Assembly (NCBI GenBank): GCA_013265495.1
Contig: MU061560.1
Span: 620,001 to 684,000 of the forward strand
Origin: Vicugna vicugna
Taxonomy: Eukaryota
DNA: 64,000 nucleotides
Reading direction: 5' to 3'
The translations under genes were made by a program, and so were the position numbers. Below the pieces are notes generated by a model that was given only the letters and a program-made list of their open reading frames with translations, ran no database searches and was not told the DNA's origin. This document shows positions 1 to 45,411 of this stretch, in pieces. The stretch's first letter is position 1. Every line of letters begins with the position of its first letter.

Positions 1-1929
1 TCCCTGTCATGAGCATCTGCAATGACTGTGGAAAGTTAATTGCTGAAGCAAGTTAATGAAGTTGTAGGTGTTGACAAGTAATGTTTTGGGTAGACTGCCG
101 AAGGGTATGTAGGAGCCTTTAAGTTATATCATGTAGCTTCTTGATATATTATTCATCACTTTGCATTTCTGTAATATTTCTTTATTATTGAAATTCTGAG
201 CCTTGAATTTAATCCTTTTGGACTAACATGTGGTCCAGCCTCAAACTTACAGAATTTAACACTTAAAAAATTTCATTCCCACTAATATCAAATTTACCAA
301 ATTCCTTAAACTAAGACCTTAAGAAACTGTATGGTGTTAATTGTCTCTTTTAACTCTTCATATTCTTAAGTTACTTTGAAAAGGGGAGATGAAATCCTGT
401 CTCTCAAACTATTTGCAGATGTGGGCAGTGTTTCTAGAAAGGATATTCGTTTTAGCTATAGAAGTGTCAATTTCTTCTATCTCTCTGCTTGTACGTCCAT
501 TATATTTTGTTGATGTCTCTTCTTGGTGGTTGGTCAGTAAATCTGCATATCTTTACCTATATATATTTTTTCCAAGCTTAGTGCATATTTTTTATGTAAA
601 AAAACGTAAAACCTCACTTAAAATGACAACTCAGCCACCAGGAACACAAAATAGATTTCATAAAGTTTGAGTGCTAAATACCATGTATCTTATTGATAAC
701 TAGGAGCGTTCTTTAGTTTCTCATCAGCGGCTTTTTATCCTTAGTGTGAACAGTTCTACCTTGTCGTAAGTCATTCCATCCCAAAGGAAATCAGAAACAC
801 TGAATCAGTAAACATTTAGTTATTTAGCCAGACGAGTATGAGTTACCTGACAGCCTGACAACCGGAGAGGAGAAAGGGAGGAAAACAAAGACAAGAAATT
901 TTTAAAAAAAGAAAACAAAATCAGTCTCTAACCATTTTGTATAGGGATTTATAGCGTCAAAGGGCTTTGTTATGTAGCAGAGGCCCAAGTTACCGATAAT
1001 AGGTTAGTTTAAGAGCAGTGGATTCTAACATGACACAGAGCAGTATAATCCATCTTAGATATAGGTCCATCAGAACTGCCTAAAATAAAATATTTTAATA
1101 GGTAATATGTATAGTTCTCAGGAAAATTTATTTATCATGAGATCCTTTATTCTGCCAACTACATAGGATAATTGAGGTATCAGTACAGAGATTTATACTA
1201 TTTCTCATCTTGCCCCCCTCCAACTTCTGCCAGTGTAAAAGAATTTTTTGATACAATTTTATTAAAAACAAAATCAAACTGTTTTCAAGTCGGATGGTGG
1301 TTTAGTTTGAACTTTGAACTCTGTGATTGTCTTTCATATATTTGTAAGAAATTAATCAGGTTTTTCTCAGATCTCCTTTTAGATAAAATCCCAAAGTAGC
1401 ATGCTGATTAAAAATCAAAATTTGTTTCTGTGGTGTTTTGTTAAATTCAACATATATTTCAAAGAAAATAATCCCTTATGAAGCTCAGTCTTAGCAAGTA
1501 AGGTAAATACTTGTATATATTTACTTTTAAGATTTTGAAAGATATGTTTGATATGTTTTGTAGTCTTTTTTACTGTAATTTATCTTTTCCCATAGTTAGT
1601 TATCAAATACCTAAAGTGAGTTTTTGAATAGTAAATTCATTTTAATCCATTTGTGTTAGAATTAGAAACCAGAGATAATATAATCAGTTGTAATGGAAAA
1701 TAAACATAAATTATGGCACACTATATACTTTGTTTATGTCCCTTAAAATATTATATACATCCCTCTAATTACTTGTAATGGAAATTATGTAGTTGTAAAT
1801 TTTGAATAATTTAATACCATGTGCATTTGAAATGTTCAAATTTTTGCACATTTGAGTTTTTAGGAAGAGTTGAAATACTAGGGATAAGCACTAAACTTAT
1901 CATTCTGTGCTGTTTCTCTTTAACTACAG

Positions 1930-26177
<24,248 letters not shown>

Positions 26178-26352
26178 AGAGAACTATGTAATACCAAGAC
26201 TTGGCTGACTTGCTAGTGACTGCCTACTTGAGTAGAATTTTATTTATGAACTCCTGTGTATTGCAACGGAATGGACCTGCTCACGTGAAGACTGGCTATC
26301 CACTGAAAACTGTGCTCTGTATTGCAGAACAAATCATACATTTAATCCAAAT

Positions 26353-26358
26353 AATAAA
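26353..26358 (+). terminator. Candidate proximal polyadenylation signal of DNM1L (AATAAA)
   Basis: AATAAA about 175 nt after the stop codon. Confidence 0.55.
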
Positions 26359-27881
26359 TGGCTGTTTCTAAAATTTCCTGGTATATATAAAATACATCAA
26401 GTCTATCTTGTGACAGTTTCGTTTGAACTTAAAAGGAACTGTTAATAGTTGTAGCTGTACAAGCAGTTTGTCTGTGGATATAAGATGACCTGTGTAATCT
26501 GCTAGTAGTCCTAAAGCTGCTGCCATAGTCCTTCAAGAAAATGCACCAGGACACCATTTCGTACGACTATAATGCATGCACTATGTATCAACGGATCTGG
26601 CTTTGAAAGAGGTGGGTTGACAAGTTACTCACATAATCACCAGTCGACCTGTTCTTTGATTTAATTTTACTGAGCTGCTCTGCAGCCTCTGCTGTGTGAG
26701 AAGATTGAACGGCCAAGAGGGTCTGTAACACTGACAGTGACTGGTATGCATAATGTGTAGCTACACAGTCCTTCCACTCCTGGGTCCACGCTGCCCTAGC
26801 GCATTAAAAGTTAAAGTATCTTTGATCTTACTTAAACGTGGAAGCATGAATTATGTTTGCCTGCATTAAAAACAACCATCTCTATTTTATTATCTAGTAA
26901 GACCTGGTAGCATCCATCCCCTTTTAATTTTGAGACATCCTAATACAGTCCCCTTGGTTTCCAAATACAATGGAAATAATCCGGACACATTTTTAAATTG
27001 GGGCACGCACACCACACTTCAAGACTCACGTAGAGGTGGAACTTAAAACCAAACACTGCTGATTACTGAAGTGTCTCTTTCTGTAAGTGTGAGTTGGTAA
27101 CAGTTACTCTCGCTTCACACCAAAATACATTAGAATAGAGGTATGAAAATAATGGTGGAGCTTTATTATTTAAAGAAACACATCTGGACAGACACACATA
27201 CTCCTAAAGGCTTTCAGGGGGTTGGGAGTGAGGTTTAGATGATACACACATTTTACTAAAATCCCCCAGATGATTCTTCGTATGAATTACACTAGATTTT
27301 AAGATAAACTATATGCTGCAGATATTAAACCTTTTAGACTTATTCCGTTTATGAAGGGCTGCTGGCAGGAACAATGTGAGTACATCTGCTACCTTTAGTT
27401 ACTGGTACCCATTTGACAGGCTCAGAAACTGATGTGAAACACAAAACACCAGATTTAGTTGGGTATGACATGGTACTGCTTTGAATTTGTCAGCAGTACC
27501 ATCTTCACAGAAAGCATGCTTCCAGATGTCAGCACACTTTACAATCACTCCACCATCATTAAACATGTAGCCACTCGTGACTTCCTAATTCCAGGTAGAC
27601 CAGATGACTACCGCTCCGTTACAGGTTTTCAAATTTGTAAGGGGGAGAAAACTCGTAATGCACCTTTCTCCAGAATATCAGACAAATTCCAAATTGAGTA
27701 TGTTACCTGCTGTGGTGCCGCACCTGCTAGTACTACACACCTCGTACAAAGGGAAACAGGCAAGGCAGGAATGGAACGAGAAAACCTCCTTTTGTTGGCC
27801 GGCCCTCAAGCTGAGTGAAGTTCTGAAATGTAGAGACGATCTCTGACATTTATAATGGATACCTGTATGTTTTACTATGTA

Positions 27882-27925
27882 AATAAAATTGCTGGTATGA
27901 AGTGACATTAAAGTTTGTCAATAAA
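27882..27925 (+). terminator. Candidate distal polyadenylation signal cluster of DNM1L
   Basis: AATAAA 27882, ATTAAA 27907, AATAAA 27920, preceded by TGTA elements. Confidence 0.6.
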
Positions 27926-28563
27926 TGAATTCTTCCTAACTTTGATCCCAGAAAATTTAGATAAACTACAGCTTTTTTTAACATTTAAATCTACTTTGGA
28001 ACACAGCAGCACACCTTATACTGTAAGAAAGTTTAGCGACCTTTTTCCTATTAGGTTTTCGTAACTGACTGAAGTATTACATCTCCATCTTTGCATATGA
28101 AGACAGTGACTTGCTCCAAGCAACCTAGGTAGTAAATCGCTGAATTGGAACCCTAAAGCCATGCTCTGCGGCCTGTGAGATTTTCCAGAACAGATGTGAC
28201 TGTAAACAGCTTGTGTGTGTGTTTGTGTTTCACTTGATCCTCAGGGGAAATAGTACCTTGATTTTTCAATGTTGGAAAACAGGTCTGTAGGACCAGCTTG
28301 CCTAATGAACGCAGAGCTTAATTTAACTAAGCCTTGATTCCAGATCCTTTAAATCTGACCTGAAAACTTCCCTTACCAGAGTATCTTTTGATATTCTCAC
28401 ATGATTATCCTCTGTTTTATCTTGTTGGTTACTTAACTTTTCAGTTCATCTCAAGCTGCAATCTGCTTGGGGACAGATGTTTAAACTTAAAACTAACTTA
28501 AAAGTTTATAAATTTATAAAATATTGCTACCTTTTTTTACTAAGTAAAAAAAAAAAGAATAAG

Positions 28564-28569
28564 TTTAAT
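28564..28569 (-). terminator. Candidate YARS2 polyadenylation signal (ATTAAA)
   Basis: tttaat on the + strand about 540 nt past the stop, followed on the - strand by a U-rich tract. Confidence 0.45.
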
Positions 28570-29105
28570 CATATGGAAACACAGGCAAGAGAGACTGGAA
28601 AACTAAATTAGAAATTTTCTAAAAAGTCAAGTACTGATTTTTGTTCTTTTCTTCGAAAAGAAATCATTGCTACAGTAATTTCTAATGCCAACCATGGCTT
28701 CCTCTGACTCTTCCCCTTTTTTACGGAGAACTGAGTTTGCTTCCTAAACAACCAAAAAATCCAGTGAGATAAACACCTGATAAAAAAGTACCCCACTTCC
28801 TTACACTGCCGCGTCTAAAGTGTCGTCCTCATCTTCAAAAGGGCAAGGACAGGACAAGAAAGACAACACACAGCTTTTCATGAAGACATTCACCCTGGAA
28901 ATCGTGCTTAATGTTTAAGGCTCAGGAAGTAGAAATCCCACTATTAAATAACAAATGTAACCACCCTGTATAAATTATGAGATTACTCACACTGTGAGGC
29001 TTAGAGCGTGCACTCCATTCTCTGTTGTTTGATTTGATTAAGTGACGGCATAAGTCCGTCCGTCTTGAGAATGAATGAATGACGAACCACCAGGAGGATT
29101 CCTCT

Positions 29106-37672
<8,567 letters not shown>

Positions 37673-37988
37673 CTTGCACGAAGGGGATGCTGGGATCTTG
37701 GAGGCCGGCCACACCCCTCAGGGCCCGCCTCCTCCAATTCCCACGGAATGTGCTTCGGCGTTTTTCTGCGCATGCCCGGCTGTGCGCGCTCCGCAAGCTC
37801 AGTCGCGGAGTTTTGACCGTCTCGGTGGGGTTCCCGCTTAAAGTCCGGTCACCTTAACTTCCCTGAAACTTAATTTCCTCATCCGTCCATAACCTGGGCG
37901 TGTTTCTGATACTAGCGTCTAACTCGTGGGACTGTTGTGAGGATTAAGAATTAAGATCCTTAGCACATAGCTTTCTAAAATATTAGCT

Positions 37989-38334
37989 CTTTTTTTAAAA
38001 ATTGAATTATAGTCAGTTTACAACTGGTGTACAGCAGTTTATCGGTCATACATGAACATACATACATTCATTTTGATATTCTTTTTCACCTTGAGCTACT
38101 ATAAGATCTTGAATATACTTCCCTGTGCTGTGCAGTATAAGCTTGTTTATCTATTCTCTATATACCTGTCAGTATCTGCAAGACTACTCCTAGTCTGTCC
38201 CTTCCCATCCCCCTCCCCCCGGCATCCACAATTTCGTGTTCTATGTCTGTGAGTCTGTTTCTGTTTTATATTTAAGTTCATTTGTCTTTTTTTTTAAGAT
38301 TCCACATATGAGTGACATATGGTATTTTTCTTTC
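37989..38334 (-). mobile_element. 5'-truncated L1 3' end with 15-bp TSD
   Basis: TCTAAAATATTAGCT at 37974-37988 and 38335-38349 flanks L1 3'UTR text. Confidence 0.85.
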
Positions 38335-38429
38335 TCTAAAATATTAGCTTTTGTTTAAACTTTCACATAAAAAAATTGTGATCCACAAGTTCTTTAAAGC
38401 CTTAGCTCTATGCAAAAACTTACTCATAG

Positions 38430-39195
38430 AGGTTGTGAGGGGTTAGGAATTGGTTTAAGGTCACGGAGAGATAGAGGCCAACAGTTCCGTTATTCTGATT
38501 CCCGAGTGGATGGAAACTACTCAGTCCCCAGTATTCATTAGCGGCTCCAGGAGGTGGCACTCTTGTCCAACCTATAATGAGATAAAATTCATAGTAAATA
38601 CAGAAAGCTCTGATTATTTATTTCAACTACTGGTAACCAAGCGGGACACAGATTTAGCACAAGTGGATTCAAATTAGTAATCACATTGCAACAGCAATAG
38701 GCAGGTGCTGTGAGTCCTCTGCTCACCAGTGACGAGGGTCTCGTTAGCAGTTGGCTGGCAGGGATCCAACTCCAAAACTGCCTTTAGAGTCTCATTTCTG
38801 GGACCGCTTTCAATGCCAACTGTCTTAGGTCGAGTTCCCAGGGAAAGAGACTCGAGTTGGAAAATTATGGGGGTGTGCTCTTGAGAACGCCTGTGGGTGT
38901 GATGGAAGCCGGGATGGGCAGAGAGAAGAGTTGATTTGTGAGCAGTTTGAAATAGAGGCCTCAGACAACCCCCATAGGGGACTCTGGAGCTGGGATTTCC
39001 TTTTGGAATCATCCTGAATAGAGGCAAGGAAGCAGGCCTTTACTGTGGGATGCCCCTGGGCAAGGCTTTGGCAAAGGGGGAGATGCAGAAGAAGCCTGAG
39101 CTGTGAGCCGTCAGCAGCCAATACTGTGCTGCTGGGGGACTGAGTGCCTTGGTCCTGAAGCAGGCATCTGGGCCACGCCCTCACTGTTCCCTACA
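38430..39195 (-). mobile_element. Old ERVL LTR (LTR33-like, about 38821-39195) with adjoining internal remnant
   Basis: tgtcttaggtcgagttccc...ccctaca ends resemble LTR33-type LTRs; adjacent PBS-like TGGCATTGAAAGCGGTCCCAG on the - strand. Confidence 0.55.
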
Positions 39196-39421
39196 GGACC
39201 TTTCCATTTCTTAACTTTATAAAGTCATTTAACAAAATATGTTTAAAAAATTAGTTTCTTTGCAGCTATAATTATCAGAGAATTGAGTTTCTCATTGCCA
39301 GACAGTAACTTCGACAGGATTGTTCAATACTTACTCAACAGGCTGTGTAACATATTTCCAAATCCCATAATTTTTTCTCCCAAAGCATGTAAACTAAATT
39401 GTTCAATTTAATATTAGCAAG

Positions 39422-40010
39422 TGTTGCCGGTGGTTAGGTTGTCACGTTGCAGAAAGAATAAAGAGATGAGACACAAAGGTCAAAAAAGTAAAGTGAGGAT
39501 TTATTAAAGGATGGATAGTACCCTCTCAAAGGGAGAGCAGGCAGGCTCAGGTGAGGAGCCGCCCTGTGTTTCTTTGGCAAGTTGTTTGCGTAGGCTGTAA
39601 AAATCAATGGGCAGAATATTCGTTTGGAGCCGTATTCCCTGACTTTCATCCCAGCTCCACCTTTCTGGAGGAACGAGGGATTTTTGTGCCTGTTTAGTCT
39701 GGATGGGAAGTGTCATGGCGTTGGTGGATGATGGGTACTTCTAAACTGCAAGGCTAATTTTATTGTAATGAGGGCATAATGAGCAAAAGGTTACATTTGG
39801 ATGCTGGAGGTGCCTGCCTTTCCCCATCTCTCTTTGCCTGCCTCCGGGACACTTGTCACCCCAAAATGTGTGATTTCTTATCTGTCTGGAGGTTTTTGCT
39901 TTTCTCTATCTGCCCAAGGACCCCTGTTCTTCACAAGATGTATGGTTTCCTGCCATTTGTCCCATGCCCCCCTTTCTCTGCTCATATCTAGCTGTCTGCC
40001 TGCTCTAACA
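39422..40010 (-). mobile_element. Solo LTR (ERV1-like) with 4-bp TSD
   Basis: CAAG|TGTTGCC...CTAACA|CAAG; TG...CA termini; - strand AATAAA at 39500-39505. Confidence 0.85.
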
Positions 40011-40722
40011 CAAGGGCCAAATTGAATCTCGATAATGAAAATGAAGACACAGCAATATTTTCCTTAAGAAAATGAACATTTGGAGGACGAAAGATTTCTT
40101 TAAAAAAATTATTTGGAAAAGCCCGTCTCTCACAGAAGTTTTTGTATCCATACGTTCATTCTGTCAATTCAACAATATTTTTAAGTGCATTGAATATAAT
40201 ACATTGGATGCCTGTCTTTATCCTTCTGCCTCAGTTTCAAAGATACTAGGTTAAAAAATATTTACAGTTTCGTCTGGTCCTGAAGAAAATAAGTGGAGTA
40301 TGTTCTAACTCTCCTGTTGCCATTCAAAATATCTCAAATTTGCCATCATCACCAGTTTAGCTGCAGCTTATTTCATACCACTTTGATCAGGGAAATATTT
40401 CAGTATGTACAGCAGGAAATTCTCCTGAGCACACAGCCAACAGTGCTTACTATTTAGTACCCAACACACAGGAAGATTTGAACATTTTCAAAAGGGTATC
40501 TTTCATTCTTCAGGTTTCCGATTAATGTGACAGGTAACTATCTGTGGCTTTTACAGGCATGTTAGTAATTTTATACCAGAAAGTATGACTTCATATTGTG
40601 GTTTAATTACTTACTCACTTCAGGAAACCATAGTTTTTCTCATTGAACTGTGTACCTGTTTCAACATGATTTGATGCCCTGTGCTTAATGGAGAAGGAAT
40701 TTTGTGGACAATGATAAACAGA

Positions 40723-41244
40723 AATTTTTTATCTGAGATTAGAATGTATTATAAGGTCTTTAAATAGAGATTTGAGTTCTTCTTGGTGTCTTCTTAAATT
40801 CAGTTGTATTTCATGAAGAGTTAGTGAAGTCTGGTACAGAAAGTAGTATCAAGCAGGTGCTACGTGGGAATTGATGGCTCAATGACAGCCACAGTTATTT
40901 TCTTTTTATAGTTTGTCTTGGTGGAACAGGAAAAATGAGGCTTTGTCCAAAAAATGGAAGCAACAGAAGAAGCTGGGACTTTTAATTTTTTATCTGAGAT
41001 TAGAATGTATTATAAGGTCTTTAAATAGAGATTTGAGTTCTTCTTGGTGTCTTCTTAAATTCAGTTGTATTTCATGAAGAGTTAGTGAAGTCTGGTACAG
41101 AAAGTAGTATCAAGCAGGTGCTACGTGGGAATTGATGGCTCAATGACAGCCACAGTTATTTTCTTTTTATAGTTTGTCTTGGTGGAACAGGAAAAATGAG
41201 GCTTTGTCCAAAAAATGGAAGCAACAGAAGAAGCTGGGACTTTT
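40723..41244. repeat. Tandem direct duplication, 2 x 261 bp
   Basis: 40723-40983 equals 40984-41244; no mismatch seen by eye. Confidence 0.95.
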
Positions 41245-41369
41245 GAAACTTTGGAATTATATACATGGCTAAAATTTTATGACATTTGATCTTGACCTGA
41301 GCTTAGCATATGAAAAGGTGCACAAGTTGATTCTTGCTGTTTTTTATTGGCTTAAAAAGTGAGTGAACA

Positions 41370-42689
41370 CACCATACACAAAAATAAACTCAAAATGGTT
41401 TAAAGACTTAAACATAAGACAAGACATGATAAACCTCCTAGAAGAAAACATAGGCAAAACATTCTCTGACATAAATCTTAGCAATGTTTTTGTAGGATGG
41501 TCTACCCAGGCAATAGAAATAAAAGCAAAAATTAACAAATGGGACCTAATTAAACTTAAAAGCTTTTGCACAGCAAAGGAAACCATAAGCAAAACAAAAT
41601 GACAACTTACAGAATGGGAGAAAATATTTGCCAATGATGCAACTGACAAAGGCTTAATTTCCAGAATATATAAACAGCTCATACAACTTAATAAGAAAAA
41701 AAACAAACAACCCAATTCAAAAATAGGCAGAAGACCTAAACAAGCAATTCTCCAAAGAAGGCATACAGATGGCCAATAGGCACATGAAAAAATGCTCAAT
41801 ATCACTAATTAATAACTAATTAATAACACCTCACACCAGTCAGAATGGCCATCATTCAAAAGTCCACGAACAATAAATGTTGGAGAGGGTATGGAGAAAA
41901 GGGAACTCTTCTACACTGTTGGTGGGAATGTAGTTTGCTGCAGCCATTATGGAAAACAGTATGGAGATTCCTCAAAAGGCTAAAAATAGACTTACCTTAT
42001 GATCCAGCAGTCCCACTCTTAGGCATATATCCAGAGGAAACCCTAATTTAAAAAGATACATGCACCCCAATGTTCATAGCAGCACTGTATACAATAGCCA
42101 AGACATGGAAACAACCTAAATGTCCATCAACAGATGACTGGATGAAGAAGTTGTGGTATATTTATATAATGGAATACTATTCAGCCATAAAAATGACAAC
42201 ATAATGCCATTTGCAGCAACATGGATGTCCTTGGAGAATGTCACTCTAAGTGAAGTAAGCCAGAAAAAGAAAGAAAAATACCATATGAGAACGCTCATAT
42301 GTTGAGTCTAAAAAAAAAGAAAAAAAGAGGGCACTAATGAACTCATCTATAAAACAAAAACAGACTTACAGACATGGTCAATAATCTTATGGTTACCAGC
42401 GGAAAGGAAATGGGAAGGGATAAATTTGGGAATTTGAGATTTGCAAATGTTAGCTACTATATATAAAAATAGATTTAAAAAAATTTCTTCTGTATAGCAC
42501 AGGGAACTATATTCAATATCTTGTAATAACCTTTAATGAAAAAGAATATATGAAAATGAATATATGCATGTCTATGTATGACTGGGACATTGTGCTGCAC
42601 ACCAAAAATCAACACATTGTAACTGACTGTACTTCAATAAAAATTTTTTTGAAATAAATAAATTAATTTATTTTCCTATGGAAAAAATG
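41370..42689 (+). mobile_element. 5'-truncated L1 (ORF2 C-terminus and 3'UTR) with TSD
   Basis: ORFs 41363..41602 ([15 protein letters not shown]) and 41845..42051 ([18 protein letters not shown]); TSD AAGTGAGTGAACA (41357) / AAGTGAATGAACA (42690). Confidence 0.92.
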
Positions 42690-45303
42690 AAGTGAATGAA
42701 CAGTTTTGAAAAGTAATTTAGAAAATATGGTTTATCGCAACTGTGATAACTTGAGGTCAGCTGACCTTGAATTAGAGACACATCTAGTTACAGTTATTCT
42801 TTCCTGAAACAAAACGCTAGGTCAACATTCACTTTGATAGGATCTCTGTTTCATGTTGTTTGATTTTCAAAATGTGAACAGTTAGAAATTGAATGGCATT
42901 TAAAAAGCACAAAAAGGTAAAGATGAATACTGTTTTTATAGACTAGTCTCTCTCAGGTTATGCCCAACAGTGTAAACTTAGGTCCTCCTATTTAATTCTG
43001 AAGTGTTTTTTTATGTAACATGGTACATATTCAAATTATAGCAGAGATCTGCCTGGGGCTGAAATATGCACAGCAAAATGACAGCAGGAGTCTGAGGAAT
43101 CCTGATCATTATAATCACCGTAAAATATTATTCTCCCTTGTATTTCCTCTTTTTCTTGTGGAGACTGTAAATAAAGTTTTGTTCTGGAACATAAGTGGTG
43201 GTATCGGATGCAAAAAGGAGAGGCCAGGAGCAAGGAACAGAGATTGTAAGTCACTTCAGGGAATTAACAATGGGCTTCCTTCCAAATAAAGTATTTCCAT
43301 GATATTTCTATTTCCTAGTACTTGAGAAAAGAAAAAGAATAATTTCTAAAGGCTGGTTTTAAGCTTTTGCTGTCTTTGCCTACTAGTTAAAAAATCAATC
43401 TGCTTCATAATTTCATCCTCTCTGAAGGCTCCCCTGCTGCCAATATTCTTGAAACACCTTAAATCCTAAAGAATCCTCCCACCCTGGCCCATCCTTACCT
43501 GCAAGCCAACCCCTCTCCTCTCATTCCACATGAATTCTTCCTGGATGTTTCCTCTGCATTAGGCATGAGAAGAGAAAGATATTCATACTATCCAGATTCA
43601 CCGTTTTCCTAAAATGCATTAAAATGTGAAATCGATCACACTCATCCTCACAAGAAGGACCATTCAATTTGATTAAAGGTATAAATTTATGTAGGAGCTT
43701 GAAGCCTCGTCTACATCCTTTTATTGAAGTGGTTCTGTTGATTTTTGAGTTGGTGGTTGTCTTCACCTCCAAACATTTTTTAGCAAAGACTAATTTCTTT
43801 TAAACTGTTGGTTGCAGGAGGATATTAGAGCAAAACCAAAACAAAAACCTGTTAGTAAATGTGCATTTTCTCTCTGTATTGGAGTTTACAGAAGGACACA
43901 AACAACTCTTCATTCTTTGTTTTTTGCTACTTCTGTAGTGAGTGGAATAACACGTAGGGCTCACAGTCGCTTTAAGCATATGCACCTGCTCCCATACCGA
44001 CGTGCCTGGGTAATATTTCACAATACTTAGGGGTTTTTAAATCCTTCATTTTCCCATTTCCATTCTACCCATTTAAGCTGGTAGAAAATTCTCTGTGTCA
44101 GTGCCTGAAAGAAGTCAGGGAGGAATGCAGAGTAAGTCTGTAATTTTTGTGGCTTTCATTTCCAAAAGTCAAAAACTTAGAGACAGGCTAAAGTTTGAGG
44201 AAATAAGCTTGCAGAAGCAGAAGAGAAAGAGATGAAAGAGATAGGGTTCTCCTTATTAACGAGGGCCTCCAAGCAAACCTGGAGGGGGAAGAAAGGAGCC
44301 TGTTAACGGTGGAGAAGCAACTTTCTACCTCTTTAGTGGGTTAAGGACTCTGAAGTTTGTTCATTTTCTTAACTAATTTTTATTAAAAGTGTTCGATGTG
44401 TCAGGCACTGTTCTGATGGCTTACACACATTCATGAACTAAAGAAAGATCCCTGCCCTCATGGAGATGAAATTGTTTATGACGTCATTTCTCCGAGCGGT
44501 CCTGTTCTTCACCAACTTCCTCCTTCGGACCCAGGGTCCTTCTCCACCCTTGAGCCTTGGAGCAGTGAGACAGAATGACTCCAACCAAGATTATCATTCC
44601 AGGAACATGCAGGTTAGGATGGGGCTGTGGGACAGAAACATTGTGAATTTCACAAGAGAAGGACTTCCCTTGTGGAAGAATGGTGATAGAAGCATAGAGA
44701 AGCATTCTGAGCCAAAGAATTCAGAGCTCTTTCCCCTTTGATCTGCAATTATGTCTCCCTTCACAATCGCTGCGCTGTATTTATTTCCCTCAAGTGACTC
44801 TTTCCCCAGCACCCTCCTTTTCTGCTCTGGGTTTGATGATAGCTGGTGTCGTCCACACTGCATTTTGTTTCACAGGCTCTTTTCCGGACTCATGCTTCAG
44901 GGGGTGACTGGCAAGTCCTGGGAGCTGCTTAACTTGTTTGACAGTGACATGAGCAAAGCGAGTTTGTCTCCTAGGAACAGAATCTTGGAGACACCAGTTG
45001 TGATCGTATTTTGAAAAGCTTGGTTCCAAAAGATATTGTCGTCAGATGAGATAATTTTGGAATTTTCCAGTTTCTCAAGTTCCTCAGTAATTTTCTGGCC
45101 TCTCTGACATAGTGTACAAATGAATCAATCAACATTCATCATTGCCCTTTAATCAAGGCCAACTGAATTTATGCCTCCATTGGAGAAGCAAGACAATAAG
45201 CAATCAGTCTACATTTTGTAGAGTGTTTCCATTTGGATTCAATCTATTTTTACTTTTTTTTTTTTTGTCTTCAGTATAGGCTTTTTGTCCTCCATTGTTT
45301 CTC

Positions 45304-45411
45304 TTTATTTATTTATTTTTAAATTGTTATTTAACGGAGGTACTGGGGATTGAACCCGGGACCTCGTGCACGCTAAACATGCACTCTACCGCTGAGCTAT
45401 CCCCTCCCCCC
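45304..45411 (-). mobile_element. tRNA-derived SINE (Vic-1-like)
   Basis: ggaggtactggggattgaacccgggacctcgtgcacgctaaacatgcactctaccgctgagctatcccctcccc. Confidence 0.85.

Noticed and set aside
37673..37714. 14-aa N-terminal extension of YARS2 in the ORF track
   Set aside because: It starts at a GTG in weak context; the ATG at 37672 has a strong Kozak context and gives the expected MAAP... start
40723..41244. Direct repeats as a CRISPR-like or other repeat-spacer array
   Set aside because: Only two long adjacent copies with no spacers, in mammalian DNA
45336..45411. tRNA-Ala-like sequences (here and at the five other SINE copies) as tRNA genes
   Set aside because: A-rich tails, TSDs and copy-to-copy divergence mark them as SINEs
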